Source of the DNA: a virus
Virus record (IMG/VR): IMGVR_UViG_3300010389_000006
Span: 16,786-80,785 of that record
Reading direction: 5' to 3' (one strand)
Length of the DNA: 64,000 nt
Shown piece after piece: positions 44,001 to 54,534 of this stretch. Both the position numbers and the translations under genes were made by a program. The notes below the pieces were generated by a model that did no database searches, was not told where the DNA came from, and worked only from the letters and a program-made list of their open reading frames with translations. Each line of letters starts with the position of its first letter. Position 1 is the stretch's first letter.

Positions 44001-47000
44001 TAACTGCTGGTTCTACTGGTGGCGGACTTATTACTTTTGCTGCTCAGTTGCCATTCGGTACTCAAAGATTTACAACATTCAACGAGAAGAACTATGTAAT
44101 TACTGTTCTTAATAAGAATGATGCAGACAAGGTAGAAACTGGAGATATTGTATACATTGACGAAGATAATGTAGAGATCACATCTGCAACCGATACCGCC
44201 AGTGGATTGGTATCTGGAAGCATCCAGTTCAATCTGCCAAGTTCATACTTCAATACTGGTTCTATTGAAGGAATTGCAAATTATACTGCTCCCGAATTAA
44301 AACTAACTGCAACTCTTGAAGTTGAGAACGCTAAACCAAGACTAAAAACTGCTGTTAGAAACAAGAGAATTGTAGTTGATTCTTCTGGTGATAGAGTCAT
44401 TCCTTTCAGAGGAACCGATTATGATAGTGATGTTGTTGAGACACTATCTTACTCAGATGCATTTAAGTTAAGATACGTTTATGAAGGAACTAGCACACAA
44501 CCACCCGAGATTGATAGTGCTGGCAATCTTGTTTCTGGATCAGACGTAACTAATAGATTTACATTTGACAATGGTCAAAGAGACACAATCTATGATGTAT
44601 CTAGAATTGTAATCAAACCAGGATATGAAGCACCAACTGGTCAACTAGTAATTGCATTTGATTACTTTGAGCAATCACAAGGAGACTTCTGTACTATTGA
44701 TAGTTATCTACATGATGCAGGTGTTCCTGAAGATGAGATTCCAACATTCAACTCATCTGTACTTGGAAATGTAGAACTCAAGAATGTAATTGACTTTAGA
44801 CCTAAAGTTAACACTGCTACCATTGTTCCTGGTTTCCAAGATACTTCTTCACTAGAAGTCATCACCAGCAACTTTACTGGTTCTGGTTCTGTATTTGCTG
44901 CAACTCCTGCTCCAGATTCAAATCTTGAGTATACCTTCAAGTTCAGTCAAGTTCAGTACCTAGACCGCATTGACGGAATCTTCCTCAATAAGAATGGTGA
45001 GTTTATTGTTAAAGAAGGCAACTCATCACTCAATCCTTCCAAACCAGATCCTGTTAAGGATGCTATTCCTCTATTCTATGCATATGTTCCTGCTTATACA
45101 AATACAAGCAAGGATGTGAGGATCACTCCTGTTGAGCATCGTAGATATACGATGAAGGACATTGGCAAACTTGAGAAGCGTATTGAGCGTCTTGAGTATT
45201 ACACCACTCTCAGCATTCTAGAGCAACAGGCTCTCAATATGCAGGTTAAGGATGAAGTTGGTCTTGACAGATTCAAGTCTGGATTTTTTGTTGATAACTT
45301 TGAATCACACAGCATTGGTAATCTAGTGTCTGTGGATTATAAGTGTTCTATTGATAGCAGACAATCAGTTCTAAGACCACAGTCAAAAGAAGATTCATTT
45401 ACTCTAAAAGAAGTCTACACAAGACAAGATCAAAGATCAGTAGCTGGATATCAGAAGACTGGAAGTGTAATCACACTACCTTACTCTAAGTTAAGTCTAC
45501 TTGGCAACAACTTTGCATCTAAAACAATCAATCCAAATCCATTTGTTGTAGTTCAATATGTTGGAGATGGCGCAGTTTCTCCCGCTATTGATCAGTGGTA
45601 TGATCAAAGTGTAGAACCACTAGTTGTAGATACTAACACAAGTATCTTTAATATCTTCTTAGCAAAAGAAAATGTTAAAGAAAGTTTCTCCAGTTTACAT
45701 GATTCCTTCATTGTCAACTGGGTTGGATCTTCACCATCTTTCACAGCGATTAATTCGCTTGGAGAACTCAACACTACCCAGGCAAATGCTGGTGTTAAGG
45801 CAGCATCTGTAGGAAGTTCCTCAAATATTAGTCCACAAAACAATGAGATTGGTAAGGGAGTAAGAACTAAGACTGTTGGAGAGAACGTTGTCTCTACAGC
45901 ACTACAGTTCTTTGCTAGAACAAAACCAATCAAGTTTGTAATTGGTAGACTAAAACCAAATACAAAAATTTCAGTATTCCTAGAAGGCAGAGACATTAGT
46001 CGTTGGGTCAATCCAGATCTCAGATTTACTGGAACTGCTGGAAACTCACTGTCTGCTTTCAATGGTGAGATTGTAACCGATGAAAATGGTAATGCTAGTG
46101 GTCTAATTCTACTTCCCGCTGGTAAACCACCAAGAGAGAATGCTACTTGGACAGGTGATGCAACTACTGTGGAGTATGATGACTCGGCAGAAGAAGTACG
46201 TTTCACGACTGGAGAACTTACATTTAGATTTACTTCCAGTGCTACAAATGCAGATAAGGCAACTGTAGATACATATGCAGAGGTTAAGTATTATGCTACT
46301 GGTGTTCTACCACAGAACCCTGCAAGCATTGTTTCCACAAGACCATCTTACTTCAAGTCAAATGAGGGTGTTCAGTTTGTAGATAGCAACACCGATAACC
46401 CAATCAGACCAAATCCACTTGCACAAACATTCAAGATTGAAAACTTTGAGGGTGGACTATTTGTAACTGGACTAGATCTCTTCTTCAGTAAGAAGAGCAC
46501 CAATATTCCCGTTAAGGCATACATCACTAACGTAGACTTTGATAAACCAAGCAAGAACATTGTTCCTGGAACAGAGAGAACTCTATCTCCAGATACTTAC
46601 CTCAAGTGCTACAGTAATGGAAACGTACTTATTAGTAGAGGTGAGTATGTTGTAGGAAAGAGTTCTGCTGCTTCTGGTCCAATTTCAAGAGTCGTTGATA
46701 AGAATGGCGTTGAGGTAACTCCTTCTTCTACAGGTGTTTTTGCTCTAACCAATGAGCAAGTCTATACACTCATCCTAAGCAATCATAACGGTCGTTCATT
46801 CATCCAGAATGAAGAGTTGGAAATTCCATCTGTTGAGTTGGCAAATGATAAAGATGGCACAAGTCTTGCTCTGACAATTGCTAAAGACAGCGGAAGAGTT
46901 TCTGACATTAGAATTAAGAATCCTGGTGCAAACTATGATAGCGCAGTTCTAACAATTGAAAGTCCACAACTTCCTGGTGGTTCTGTTGCTACTGCAAAAG

Positions 47001-49201
47001 TTAATGTCTCTGGTGGAAAGATCTATAACGTTGATGTTTCAATTTCTGGATTTGGATACACCGAATCTCCATCAGTTGTCGTCAAAGGCGTCGGAAATGG
47101 CGCTGGAGGATGCGAAGTTGAGACTTTCATAGAGATTGATACCCCAGCAGTTAGAATGGGCGTAGCGACCGATTTTGAGGGTCTCACAGCATCTACAACA
47201 CCAACCAGATTTGAGTTTGAATATCCTGTATATCTACAAAACGATACCGAGTATGCTCTAGTTGTAGAGACAGACTCTAGCGATTTTGAGATGTGGGCAT
47301 CACGTCTTGGTGAGACTGATCTTGCTACAAGCACAGTTATCACAACCCAACCAGCACTTGGATCTGTTTACAAGTCTCAAAACACCGAGAATTGGACAGA
47401 AGATAATTTTGAAGATCTGAAGTTTACTCTTTACAGAGCAGAATTTGATATTACTAGATCAGCAGAATTGCTTGTTAGAAATGAAGATCTTGGTTATGAA
47501 CTACTAGATGCAGACCCAATTGAGACTAACGCAACTGCTGAGTCTATTGCTACTTCTAAGTTGTTCAAGAATAACAACAGCGTTATCAAGTTTAACCACA
47601 GAGACAATGGATTTGAGGATAGTGGCAAGTCTTATGTCTTCTTCAGAGGAGTTAAGGATGTTGGTGGTGTAAACTCAGAAGTATTCAACACCAACCTGTA
47701 TCAAGTTTCCAACTCTGGTATTGACTCATATAACATTAGAACTATCACTAGTGCTTCCAGAAACTCTTTTGGTGGCGGTAGTTCCGTATATGCTACTTAC
47801 AACAGAAAGTATGAGGTTCTATATCCACAGGTTCACTACCTAACAGTAACTGGAACCAAGATTGATACGTCTGTCAAGACAACTAACATTATTCCTGTTG
47901 ATTCTTCAACAACCAACTACACCTCATACTCCGAGTCTGCATATGAAAAGACTTTCTTGAATGAAGCACACTACTTTGATAATCAGAAAGTTCTTGCTTC
48001 TCAGATCAACGAGACTCTCAATAATCTGAGCAGATCTCTTACTTATAAGATGGCATTGTCTTCCACAGTGTCTTACTTGTCTCCTGTCATTGATCTTTCT
48101 AGTGCTTCTGTCAAGACTGTTTCTAACAGAATTGAGAATGCTGGTGGTCAAGAAAACAGATATGGAAGAAGAGATCAAATTCTAGAGTTCTATCCAGTAT
48201 ATACTTTCCAACTTTCTACCACAACTCCAGATGTTACTTACCAAAACAACCAGAGTGTAAAAGGAAAGACATCATCTGCAACAGGAACCGTTTCTAAGGT
48301 AGATGGAAATACTGTTTGGGTCAGAGTCAGAACCAAGCAAGGTTTTGAAATCAACGAAGAACTTGACATGACACAGTTCACTAATGTTCAGAGTGCTCCA
48401 ACTATTACAGTTGGTTCTACTCCATCTCTAGTAACTCCTGTCATTAACAGTTCCACCCAGTCAGCAGCGGGTGAGTCTATTACAATTGTCGCTAGAAATC
48501 CCGTTGAGTCTAAGATTCTAGAGACATATGACAATAGAATCACTGGTAAGTCTATTATCTGGAATAGAACTACAAGACAACTAACTCTAAGAACCGACCA
48601 GCAACCAATTAATGATGATTACACTGCTAGAGTAATTGATAGCAATCTCTATGCTAGAGCAAACGAAGTGACAGATCAGATTGCTGATATCTTCCGTGTT
48701 GGTGATATTATTTCATATCCAAACCAACCAGATGATGAAGCACTGTTTATGGAAGTTCAAAGAGTTTCTTATACCAATGGTGTTGACTTTGTTGCCGAAG
48801 ATACTTCTAAGAACAGTTCTTCTGCTGCCAAGTATGTAACCAAAGAGATCTACATTACAAATCCTGCCACTGCAATTGATGTTCATCTACTTGCAAACAT
48901 GAAGGATATCTCAAACGTACAAGTTCTTTACAAGTATAAGAGATCTTCCAGTCAGGAGAACTTTGAAGATGCTGAGTGGTTCTACTTCAATGAGTCTGGA
49001 GAACCAGATTCTCTAGAAATTGCTACCGCTGATAATAGCATTTCAAGCATCGTTGAAAAGCAGTCTGCATATCAAGATCTCAAGTATAGCGTTGCAGGTC
49101 TTCCCGAATTCTCATCTTTTGCAATCAAAGTTGTTATGAAGGGTGTTGATCCAGCATACGTTCCTAAGATTCAAGATATTAGAGCTGTCGCCGCATTCTA
49201 A
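41045..49201 (+). CDS. vrlC: VrlC-like (DUF4815-type) large structural protein, 2718 aa
   Basis: MPQKTNLNVNPYYEDFD...ILFRPG..IQGRELTQ; APGAHR; LARRTFDESGDY; YTMKDIGKLEKRIERLEYYTTLS; PLAQTF. Confidence 0.85.
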   Translation: MPQKTNLNVNPYYEDFDASKNFYKILFRPGYSIQGRELTQVQSILQNQIESFGRYAFKQGELVIPGEVGLNTKLDYVKLSSVSEVAVNDGNDIVYKKYDITQLVGQQLRGLTSGVIANVLAANLSTEATADTLYVSYINSGNSNTESTFRQGETLEVIDGVNTPLMVVGTDGSVLPTSINVTNPDTGDTTSLESPAMGYASAVKVEEGIYFVNGYFVRNEAALLVIDEYYDKPSAKVGFTIKEEIISPEEDSSLYDNAIGSSNYTAPGAHRLKISLELKEFALDAITDKNFIQLITVKRGQVQRKVTAADYSLIEQTLARRTFDESGDYVVDDFAIDIREFAQKDSNRGIYSADEFGLYNGYTAGEAARKMVASVGPGKAYIKGYEIVNKETKYLEINKARESLTSDNVTLKTRGLPTFSITNTYGSVPLNKEGSQLTAYPTLYLSSLFNDGYVGLNNTEASNNYRQTITRRGQFLDSNKGVRTITLEVVDVNIPIASIVASDLTDTFNKLWYVKTRAGTNVVDYVDVLSYSKVFKPAKNPGTTEESRFLEVTVTGLKSDLENIFIEYDEGSEEGKKRKLFLTEADARGDEKEDLSSTVFANIIDYSETITPVIGTAKPSNFFLQERGTGFNSDSDIVLSKGVEADGTQSYNAVFGLSYFDPQFFTKIKLETQPPSQSYGVGTYVYGLTSGAYGVVEGGPSGVYSTGRILFVKTLSGKFAPGETLKDEGGNLVKIAQENTISHFVVQERGLGYPTTSTIKIDGVSFDQGKIELGFLGQGIYRVDILDRTAVSNTYSRPPVVSIDAGEATPTTAAVIIPVLNRNTVITYTPQNVKSIGTSYGSGGANTFTADILVDDRNYADLYDVTDFTFFGKKGTKFLESTSFSADASSVVQQGDLIQFSDDSNNVIRAVVQYATIQKGSSKTRIYLDETLYDDVASTSVVRFRPVIQNANSGTLLFPTGSRSVQSVSAGPDDSKIVYYFRRDFVTAGSTGGGLITFAAQLPFGTQRFTTFNEKNYVITVLNKNDADKVETGDIVYIDEDNVEITSATDTASGLVSGSIQFNLPSSYFNTGSIEGIANYTAPELKLTATLEVENAKPRLKTAVRNKRIVVDSSGDRVIPFRGTDYDSDVVETLSYSDAFKLRYVYEGTSTQPPEIDSAGNLVSGSDVTNRFTFDNGQRDTIYDVSRIVIKPGYEAPTGQLVIAFDYFEQSQGDFCTIDSYLHDAGVPEDEIPTFNSSVLGNVELKNVIDFRPKVNTATIVPGFQDTSSLEVITSNFTGSGSVFAATPAPDSNLEYTFKFSQVQYLDRIDGIFLNKNGEFIVKEGNSSLNPSKPDPVKDAIPLFYAYVPAYTNTSKDVRITPVEHRRYTMKDIGKLEKRIERLEYYTTLSILEQQALNMQVKDEVGLDRFKSGFFVDNFESHSIGNLVSVDYKCSIDSRQSVLRPQSKEDSFTLKEVYTRQDQRSVAGYQKTGSVITLPYSKLSLLGNNFASKTINPNPFVVVQYVGDGAVSPAIDQWYDQSVEPLVVDTNTSIFNIFLAKENVKESFSSLHDSFIVNWVGSSPSFTAINSLGELNTTQANAGVKAASVGSSSNISPQNNEIGKGVRTKTVGENVVSTALQFFARTKPIKFVIGRLKPNTKISVFLEGRDISRWVNPDLRFTGTAGNSLSAFNGEIVTDENGNASGLILLPAGKPPRENATWTGDATTVEYDDSAEEVRFTTGELTFRFTSSATNADKATVDTYAEVKYYATGVLPQNPASIVSTRPSYFKSNEGVQFVDSNTDNPIRPNPLAQTFKIENFEGGLFVTGLDLFFSKKSTNIPVKAYITNVDFDKPSKNIVPGTERTLSPDTYLKCYSNGNVLISRGEYVVGKSSAASGPISRVVDKNGVEVTPSSTGVFALTNEQVYTLILSNHNGRSFIQNEELEIPSVELANDKDGTSLALTIAKDSGRVSDIRIKNPGANYDSAVLTIESPQLPGGSVATAKVNVSGGKIYNVDVSISGFGYTESPSVVVKGVGNGAGGCEVETFIEIDTPAVRMGVATDFEGLTASTTPTRFEFEYPVYLQNDTEYALVVETDSSDFEMWASRLGETDLATSTVITTQPALGSVYKSQNTENWTEDNFEDLKFTLYRAEFDITRSAELLVRNEDLGYELLDADPIETNATAESIATSKLFKNNNSVIKFNHRDNGFEDSGKSYVFFRGVKDVGGVNSEVFNTNLYQVSNSGIDSYNIRTITSASRNSFGGGSSVYATYNRKYEVLYPQVHYLTVTGTKIDTSVKTTNIIPVDSSTTNYTSYSESAYEKTFLNEAHYFDNQKVLASQINETLNNLSRSLTYKMALSSTVSYLSPVIDLSSASVKTVSNRIENAGGQENRYGRRDQILEFYPVYTFQLSTTTPDVTYQNNQSVKGKTSSATGTVSKVDGNTVWVRVRTKQGFEINEELDMTQFTNVQSAPTITVGSTPSLVTPVINSSTQSAAGESITIVARNPVESKILETYDNRITGKSIIWNRTTRQLTLRTDQQPINDDYTARVIDSNLYARANEVTDQIADIFRVGDIISYPNQPDDEALFMEVQRVSYTNGVDFVAEDTSKNSSSAAKYVTKEIYITNPATAIDVHLLANMKDISNVQVLYKYKRSSSQENFEDAEWFYFNESGEPDSLEIATADNSISSIVEKQSAYQDLKYSVAGLPEFSSFAIKVVMKGVDPAYVPKIQDIRAVAAF

Positions 49202-49210
49202 TTTCCGCAT

Positions 49211-49417
49211 ATGGGTTACATCAAAGTTAAAGGGCATGATGGTCTTGTCAGAGACGAGACCACAGGTGCCATCTTGAATCACAACGATTCTGCCATACAA
49301 GCTCGCCGTAAACAAAAACATCTGAGTTCCGCGTTAGACGACATAAATATGTTGAAGGATGAAATCTCTGAAATCAAATCCCTACTTAGAGAGTTAGTAA
49401 AAAATGCCAGCAATTAA
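49211..49417 (+). CDS. Conserved small protein following vrlC
   Basis: IKVKGHDGLVRDETTGAILN...coiled-coil tail. Confidence 0.75.
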   Translation: MGYIKVKGHDGLVRDETTGAILNHNDSAIQARRKQKHLSSALDDINMLKDEISEIKSLLRELVKNASN

Positions 49418-52400
49418 CGTCGCCAGAACAGACACCTTTGAAACTCAAAGGCAAAAAATTAACCAAATTGGTGATCAGATTTTTAACATCTCTCAAGGTG
49501 GCAGCGATCTTGCTACTGGCAATTTGAAGTTGGGTGATGGAACTAGGATTGCTCCATCATTAGCATTTACTACAGATGCTTCACTTGGAATTTACAAAAC
49601 TACTGATTCTGAGTTTGGATATGTTTATAATGGCAAAGAGTTATTAAACATTGGCATTGAGGGTATAAATTTATTTAAAAATTTAAATTTACAAAGAAGA
49701 TTTTTATATACAGAAGGATTAACTACATTAAACCCAGGTCAAAATTATGATCCAGGATCATATTCCAGTATTTTACTAAATGGCGGAACTGGAAATGATG
49801 CTTCTTTAGACATTACCGTTACAGAATTTGTTGGAACTATTACTAATTCTGGTGTTGGATATTTTCCTGGAGAATATCAGGGAGTAGTATTGACTGGAGG
49901 AAGTGGTTCTGGTGCTACAGTTTCTTTTGATGTTGATGGAATTGAAGGAAATATTACCAATGCTGGATCTGGGTATATTCCAGGATCATACTCAAATATT
50001 CCTCTTGCTGGAGGATCTGGAAATGGTGCTACTGCTGATTTAGAAATCTTAGGATCATCAGAATTAACAGGAACCATAACTAATTCTGGATCTGGATATA
50101 CAAATGGAAGTTATCAGTTAGTTGGATTTTTTAACACACCAACTACAACATTTGTAGTAACAACAACTTCAAATCCAGGAACACCTCCACCCGATAATGT
50201 GTATGTTATTGATGGAAACGTTCAGCAAGTATTGAGCTTAGAAAAAGGAAATACTTATAGGTTTGATACTTCTGATGCATCAATGGTTGGTCATCCATTA
50301 GTATTTGATTTTGGTGGAAATGCTCTTCCTGGAGCAGAATTTGTAACAAGACAAAGTTCCGCTCAACTTGGAACTCCAGGATCTTTTATTGATTTAATTA
50401 TCAAACCAAATGCTTCTTTTAGCACCATCCAGTACAGATGCTCCGTTCATTCTGGAATGGGAGCAAGTATTAATATTACAACTGGAACAACGGGATCTTA
50501 CGGATCTGGAGCTAATGCCAATATCACAGTTTCTGGTGGTTCTGTATCTATCGATTCTTGGGGAACCGCTGGAAATGGATATCAGAATGGTGATGTACTT
50601 ACTATTGACACCCTAGGTGGAACTGGAAGTGGTTTTAGTTTTACTGTTTCTGGTATTGCGTACACTGGAGTAATTGATACTTTTACCATTGTAGAAAGTG
50701 GATCTGGGTATGTAAATGGCGATATCTTAGGTATCAATAATGCTGATGTTGGCGGGTCTGGATCTAATTTTGCTTTTACTATTAATAACAATCCAGGGAG
50801 AATTGATGAGGTTATTTTCTTTTCAAAGGGAATTGGTTATCAAACAAATGATGTTTTGGAATTACCAAAATCAACATCTAGATCATCGGTAACTTTGCGT
50901 GGTAGAGTTCAAGGTGTTTCTACTACTCTTAGTATTTCATCTGCAACAATAACCATTGCTGATACTGATGGAATTATTGCTGGTATGCAGGTAACTGCTG
51001 ACCTCAATCAACCAGGACAGGTAGCACAAGGAACTACAGTTCAAAGCGTAGATAGTTCTACTCAGATTACACTATCAGCAAATCCAACATCTGATGGATC
51101 TGCTTTACTAACTTTTCAATCTCCTGGATCTTTAACTGGAATAACTGTTTCATCAACCACAGGAATTTCAAATGGTTATAGAGTGTTTGTTTCTTCGGGA
51201 TCTGGAGTTTTAGATTCAAACACCGTTATTTCTGGTGTAAACGAGCAGACTAACGAAATTATTATTTCCCCCCAACCAATAAAAGCTGGTGTTGTTGATT
51301 TATTAATTACACCTCCATTTGGAGATCCAACAGTAGATTTTCAGTATGTTGTTGGAAATCTAGGAGTTGTTTCTGATTATTCTATTTCATATGGTGGTAG
51401 CGGATATATTATTGGAGATAATTTATCTGTCAATCCATCAGATTTAACACAACCAGAAGAAATTGATGTTATTTCTAGGGAAGTAGTGGAGATTTCTTTT
51501 TCTAATACAATTTCTTCTGGTGTTTTTAGCGTAGGAGATACGATTAGAAATAGAGATGGGGAAATTGAATCATTCTCTACTGGAAATACAACTTCAATTC
51601 CAGCAGCTGCTGGAAATTCATATACTGGTATTTCTGCTTCTGGTGGAAATGGAACAGGTGCTACTTTTAATGCTATAAGAGATCAGCAAGGCGGAATTTC
51701 ATTTACAATAAACTCCCCAGGATATTTTTATCAAGATAGTGATGTTCTGACTATTCAGGGATCTGATATTGGTGGAGCATCTCCTACAGACAATGTTCAA
51801 ATAACTGTTTCATCTGCTTCATCTTCTCCATCTAGAGAAGTTTACAAAGTAAACTTGGATGGATCTAATAATCTCTCTAGTTTAATAGTTCAAAGTAGTT
51901 CAGAAGAACTTTTAGTTTCTGGAGATCAAATTTATCTAGACGGAACTACAACATTATATGAGCTAGATTCAAACGGATCTTCTGGATTTAGATTCTTTTT
52001 TGTTATTGATGGAGGACCTCAAATTACTCCAGATCTAACATTTTATGTTGGAAACTCATATCAATTTAATTTAACAAGTTCTTCTTTATCTGGAATTACA
52101 TTTTTACTAAGTAAATTTAGAGATGGTATTTGGGATCCAAGTTATATTCAAAATATATCTACCACTTTATCTACATCATCAAAGCAAATTACAGTTTCTT
52201 CCACTGCAGGAATAGAAGAAGGGATGATCGTATCCCAAGCGCAAAATCCTGGAGACACTGGCAATATTTCTCCATCATCTTTTGTAGAATCCGTTGATGG
52301 TCCAACAACACTAACATTATCAGAATTTCCTGATACTGATGGAACAGCAACATTAAACTTTAGGGGACAAGAATATAGTGATGGTGTAGAAAAAGAATCT

Positions 52401-54533
52401 ACAACATTAACAGTAAAGATTACAGAAAATACTCCCACTCTTTACTACTACTCCTCCACATATCAGAATATGGGTGGATCGGATAATGTTGAGGCATCTA
52501 TAACAATTGATCCAAATAACCCAAAAGTTTTTGGTAGTGGATTTTTAGTAGAAGCATCTGAAATTAATATTTCTGATAATATTAATGGAAATACGGAGAC
52601 TGGCGTTTTTGAATGTGTAACTCTCAATTCAGAAACAGCAAATGTAACTGAAGCGATTGTTACTGGATCTCTTACTTCCCCTGCTATTTCAACAACCACT
52701 TTAACCACAACAACAATTTCAGCAACACCGCAACTTACTGTAAATTCTCCTACGACTAGATTTAGTGGAAATGTAAATATTGGAACTAATATTCAAATTT
52801 CCCAAAGTAATGGAAATATTACAACTTCAGGTATTCTGAAAACTACTGGATCATTTAACGTAAATGATCATATCACTATTTCCGATAATATTATTGGATC
52901 TACTCCCACAAATGATATTGTATTGTCTCCAGCAACTGGACAACTTACAGAAATTATTTCCAACAAAGCATTGATTATTCCTGTTGGTGATAATTTGGAA
53001 AGACCAGCATTTACTCCTGGAAACGGAGATGGTGCTATTCGTTTTAATACAGAAACTAGTCAATATGAAGGTTATAATTCTTCAACCACTTCTTGGTCAT
53101 CTCTAGGTGGAGTTCGTGATATTGATGGAAACACTTATATCTTGGCAGAACTTACTGCTGGAGCTAATGATAACACTCTATGGTTTTATAATGATGGTTT
53201 AAATACTCTAAGATTGGATAGAGAATTTTTAGATTTTAGAAACACAAAGAAAATTTCGTCTGGAAGATTGGGTCTTCCATCCTTTACATTATGGACAGCA
53301 AATACTCCAGTGTTGATTGGTCAATTTATTAAGTATAGAAATAATCTTTATGAGGTAACTGGATCTGGAACAACAGCAACAGTTGGAAACGAACCAGTTC
53401 ATGTTTCTGGAGCTCTTAATAATGGAACTGCTCAGTTAACTTGGTATTCTTCTGCCGTATCTCCACTTACATTTACAGAAATTGAAGAACTAAGAGTTGC
53501 TCCGAATAAAGATGCTGCTCTTGTCGTCAATGGTGGACTAAAATTAGGCGGAACTACATCCGAAGATTGGAATACTATTTCAACTCTGGTAGAAGATCTA
53601 ACTATTGCTCCAAACCCTGGTAAAAAAGTAGTAATTAAATCATACACTCACCTTGCTATTCCTGCTGGTAATAACAACCAGAAGAATACTGCTTCTGCTG
53701 TACCTGGATCAATTAGATTCAATACAGAAATTCAACAATTTGAAGGTTATAGCGGAACTAACTGGTCTTCTCTTGGTGGCGTAAGAGACGTTGATGGCAA
53801 TACTTACATCATTCCAGAAACCGCACCAGCGGCAAACGAGAATATCTTGTATTTCTACAATGATAATCTCAACACAATGCAGTTGACGAGGACTTCGTTA
53901 GACTTTACAAACATTGACACAATTACCACATCTGGTCTCAGTAATCTCTCTATTGACACTCCTCTTGTAACTCTAAATTCAAATGACACCACCATTGATA
54001 ATAGAGATGTAGACAGAACCTTTATTAGCACAAGTAAGCAGTTCTTAGATCTAGGTCTCTCTTCTGGTTTAGTTGTTGATCCTGTATTAAGACTAGATGA
54101 TCAGGGCGATGTTTATTTGAACACCACGTTTGGATCAGGAACTTTCAATGGTGTCAAAGTTCTCGATGGTCAACTAAAAGAATTTGAGTTGGCAGATTAT
54201 GCTATAAGGACAACAACATTCCAGTTAGCAAAAGGTGGTGCCGAAACTGGATCGTTTGTTTTATATGATTCTGGATCTAGAAAAGGATGTAAAGTAACAG
54301 TGGTTTCTAAGTCTTCTTCTGGAAAAAGATCAATGACGGAGTATTCTGTTATAGATAATGGAACTGATATTTTCCACAATGAGTTTGGATCGTTGAATAC
54401 ATCTCTTGATCAATATTCAGCATCATTTGATTTCAACGCCATCAATGAGACCAGAATTTCTCTAACTCTTTCAAATGATCATGCCAATGGCGACATTATT
54501 ACGTTCACAATTCTCGTACAGGTAATTAAGTAA
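49404..54533 (+). CDS. Large tail/baseplate-associated fibre-like structural protein, 1709 aa
   Basis: N-terminal TDTFETQRQKIN; GSGY repeats; cupredoxin-like module; duplicated IRFNTE...WSSLGGVRD.DGNTYI; W-x12-NLYEV CBM5/12-like motif. Confidence 0.75.
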   Translation: MPAINVARTDTFETQRQKINQIGDQIFNISQGGSDLATGNLKLGDGTRIAPSLAFTTDASLGIYKTTDSEFGYVYNGKELLNIGIEGINLFKNLNLQRRFLYTEGLTTLNPGQNYDPGSYSSILLNGGTGNDASLDITVTEFVGTITNSGVGYFPGEYQGVVLTGGSGSGATVSFDVDGIEGNITNAGSGYIPGSYSNIPLAGGSGNGATADLEILGSSELTGTITNSGSGYTNGSYQLVGFFNTPTTTFVVTTTSNPGTPPPDNVYVIDGNVQQVLSLEKGNTYRFDTSDASMVGHPLVFDFGGNALPGAEFVTRQSSAQLGTPGSFIDLIIKPNASFSTIQYRCSVHSGMGASINITTGTTGSYGSGANANITVSGGSVSIDSWGTAGNGYQNGDVLTIDTLGGTGSGFSFTVSGIAYTGVIDTFTIVESGSGYVNGDILGINNADVGGSGSNFAFTINNNPGRIDEVIFFSKGIGYQTNDVLELPKSTSRSSVTLRGRVQGVSTTLSISSATITIADTDGIIAGMQVTADLNQPGQVAQGTTVQSVDSSTQITLSANPTSDGSALLTFQSPGSLTGITVSSTTGISNGYRVFVSSGSGVLDSNTVISGVNEQTNEIIISPQPIKAGVVDLLITPPFGDPTVDFQYVVGNLGVVSDYSISYGGSGYIIGDNLSVNPSDLTQPEEIDVISREVVEISFSNTISSGVFSVGDTIRNRDGEIESFSTGNTTSIPAAAGNSYTGISASGGNGTGATFNAIRDQQGGISFTINSPGYFYQDSDVLTIQGSDIGGASPTDNVQITVSSASSSPSREVYKVNLDGSNNLSSLIVQSSSEELLVSGDQIYLDGTTTLYELDSNGSSGFRFFFVIDGGPQITPDLTFYVGNSYQFNLTSSSLSGITFLLSKFRDGIWDPSYIQNISTTLSTSSKQITVSSTAGIEEGMIVSQAQNPGDTGNISPSSFVESVDGPTTLTLSEFPDTDGTATLNFRGQEYSDGVEKESTTLTVKITENTPTLYYYSSTYQNMGGSDNVEASITIDPNNPKVFGSGFLVEASEINISDNINGNTETGVFECVTLNSETANVTEAIVTGSLTSPAISTTTLTTTTISATPQLTVNSPTTRFSGNVNIGTNIQISQSNGNITTSGILKTTGSFNVNDHITISDNIIGSTPTNDIVLSPATGQLTEIISNKALIIPVGDNLERPAFTPGNGDGAIRFNTETSQYEGYNSSTTSWSSLGGVRDIDGNTYILAELTAGANDNTLWFYNDGLNTLRLDREFLDFRNTKKISSGRLGLPSFTLWTANTPVLIGQFIKYRNNLYEVTGSGTTATVGNEPVHVSGALNNGTAQLTWYSSAVSPLTFTEIEELRVAPNKDAALVVNGGLKLGGTTSEDWNTISTLVEDLTIAPNPGKKVVIKSYTHLAIPAGNNNQKNTASAVPGSIRFNTEIQQFEGYSGTNWSSLGGVRDVDGNTYIIPETAPAANENILYFYNDNLNTMQLTRTSLDFTNIDTITTSGLSNLSIDTPLVTLNSNDTTIDNRDVDRTFISTSKQFLDLGLSSGLVVDPVLRLDDQGDVYLNTTFGSGTFNGVKVLDGQLKEFELADYAIRTTTFQLAKGGAETGSFVLYDSGSRKGCKVTVVSKSSSGKRSMTEYSVIDNGTDIFHNEFGSLNTSLDQYSASFDFNAINETRISLTLSNDHANGDIITFTILVQVIK

Positions 54534-54534
54534 A

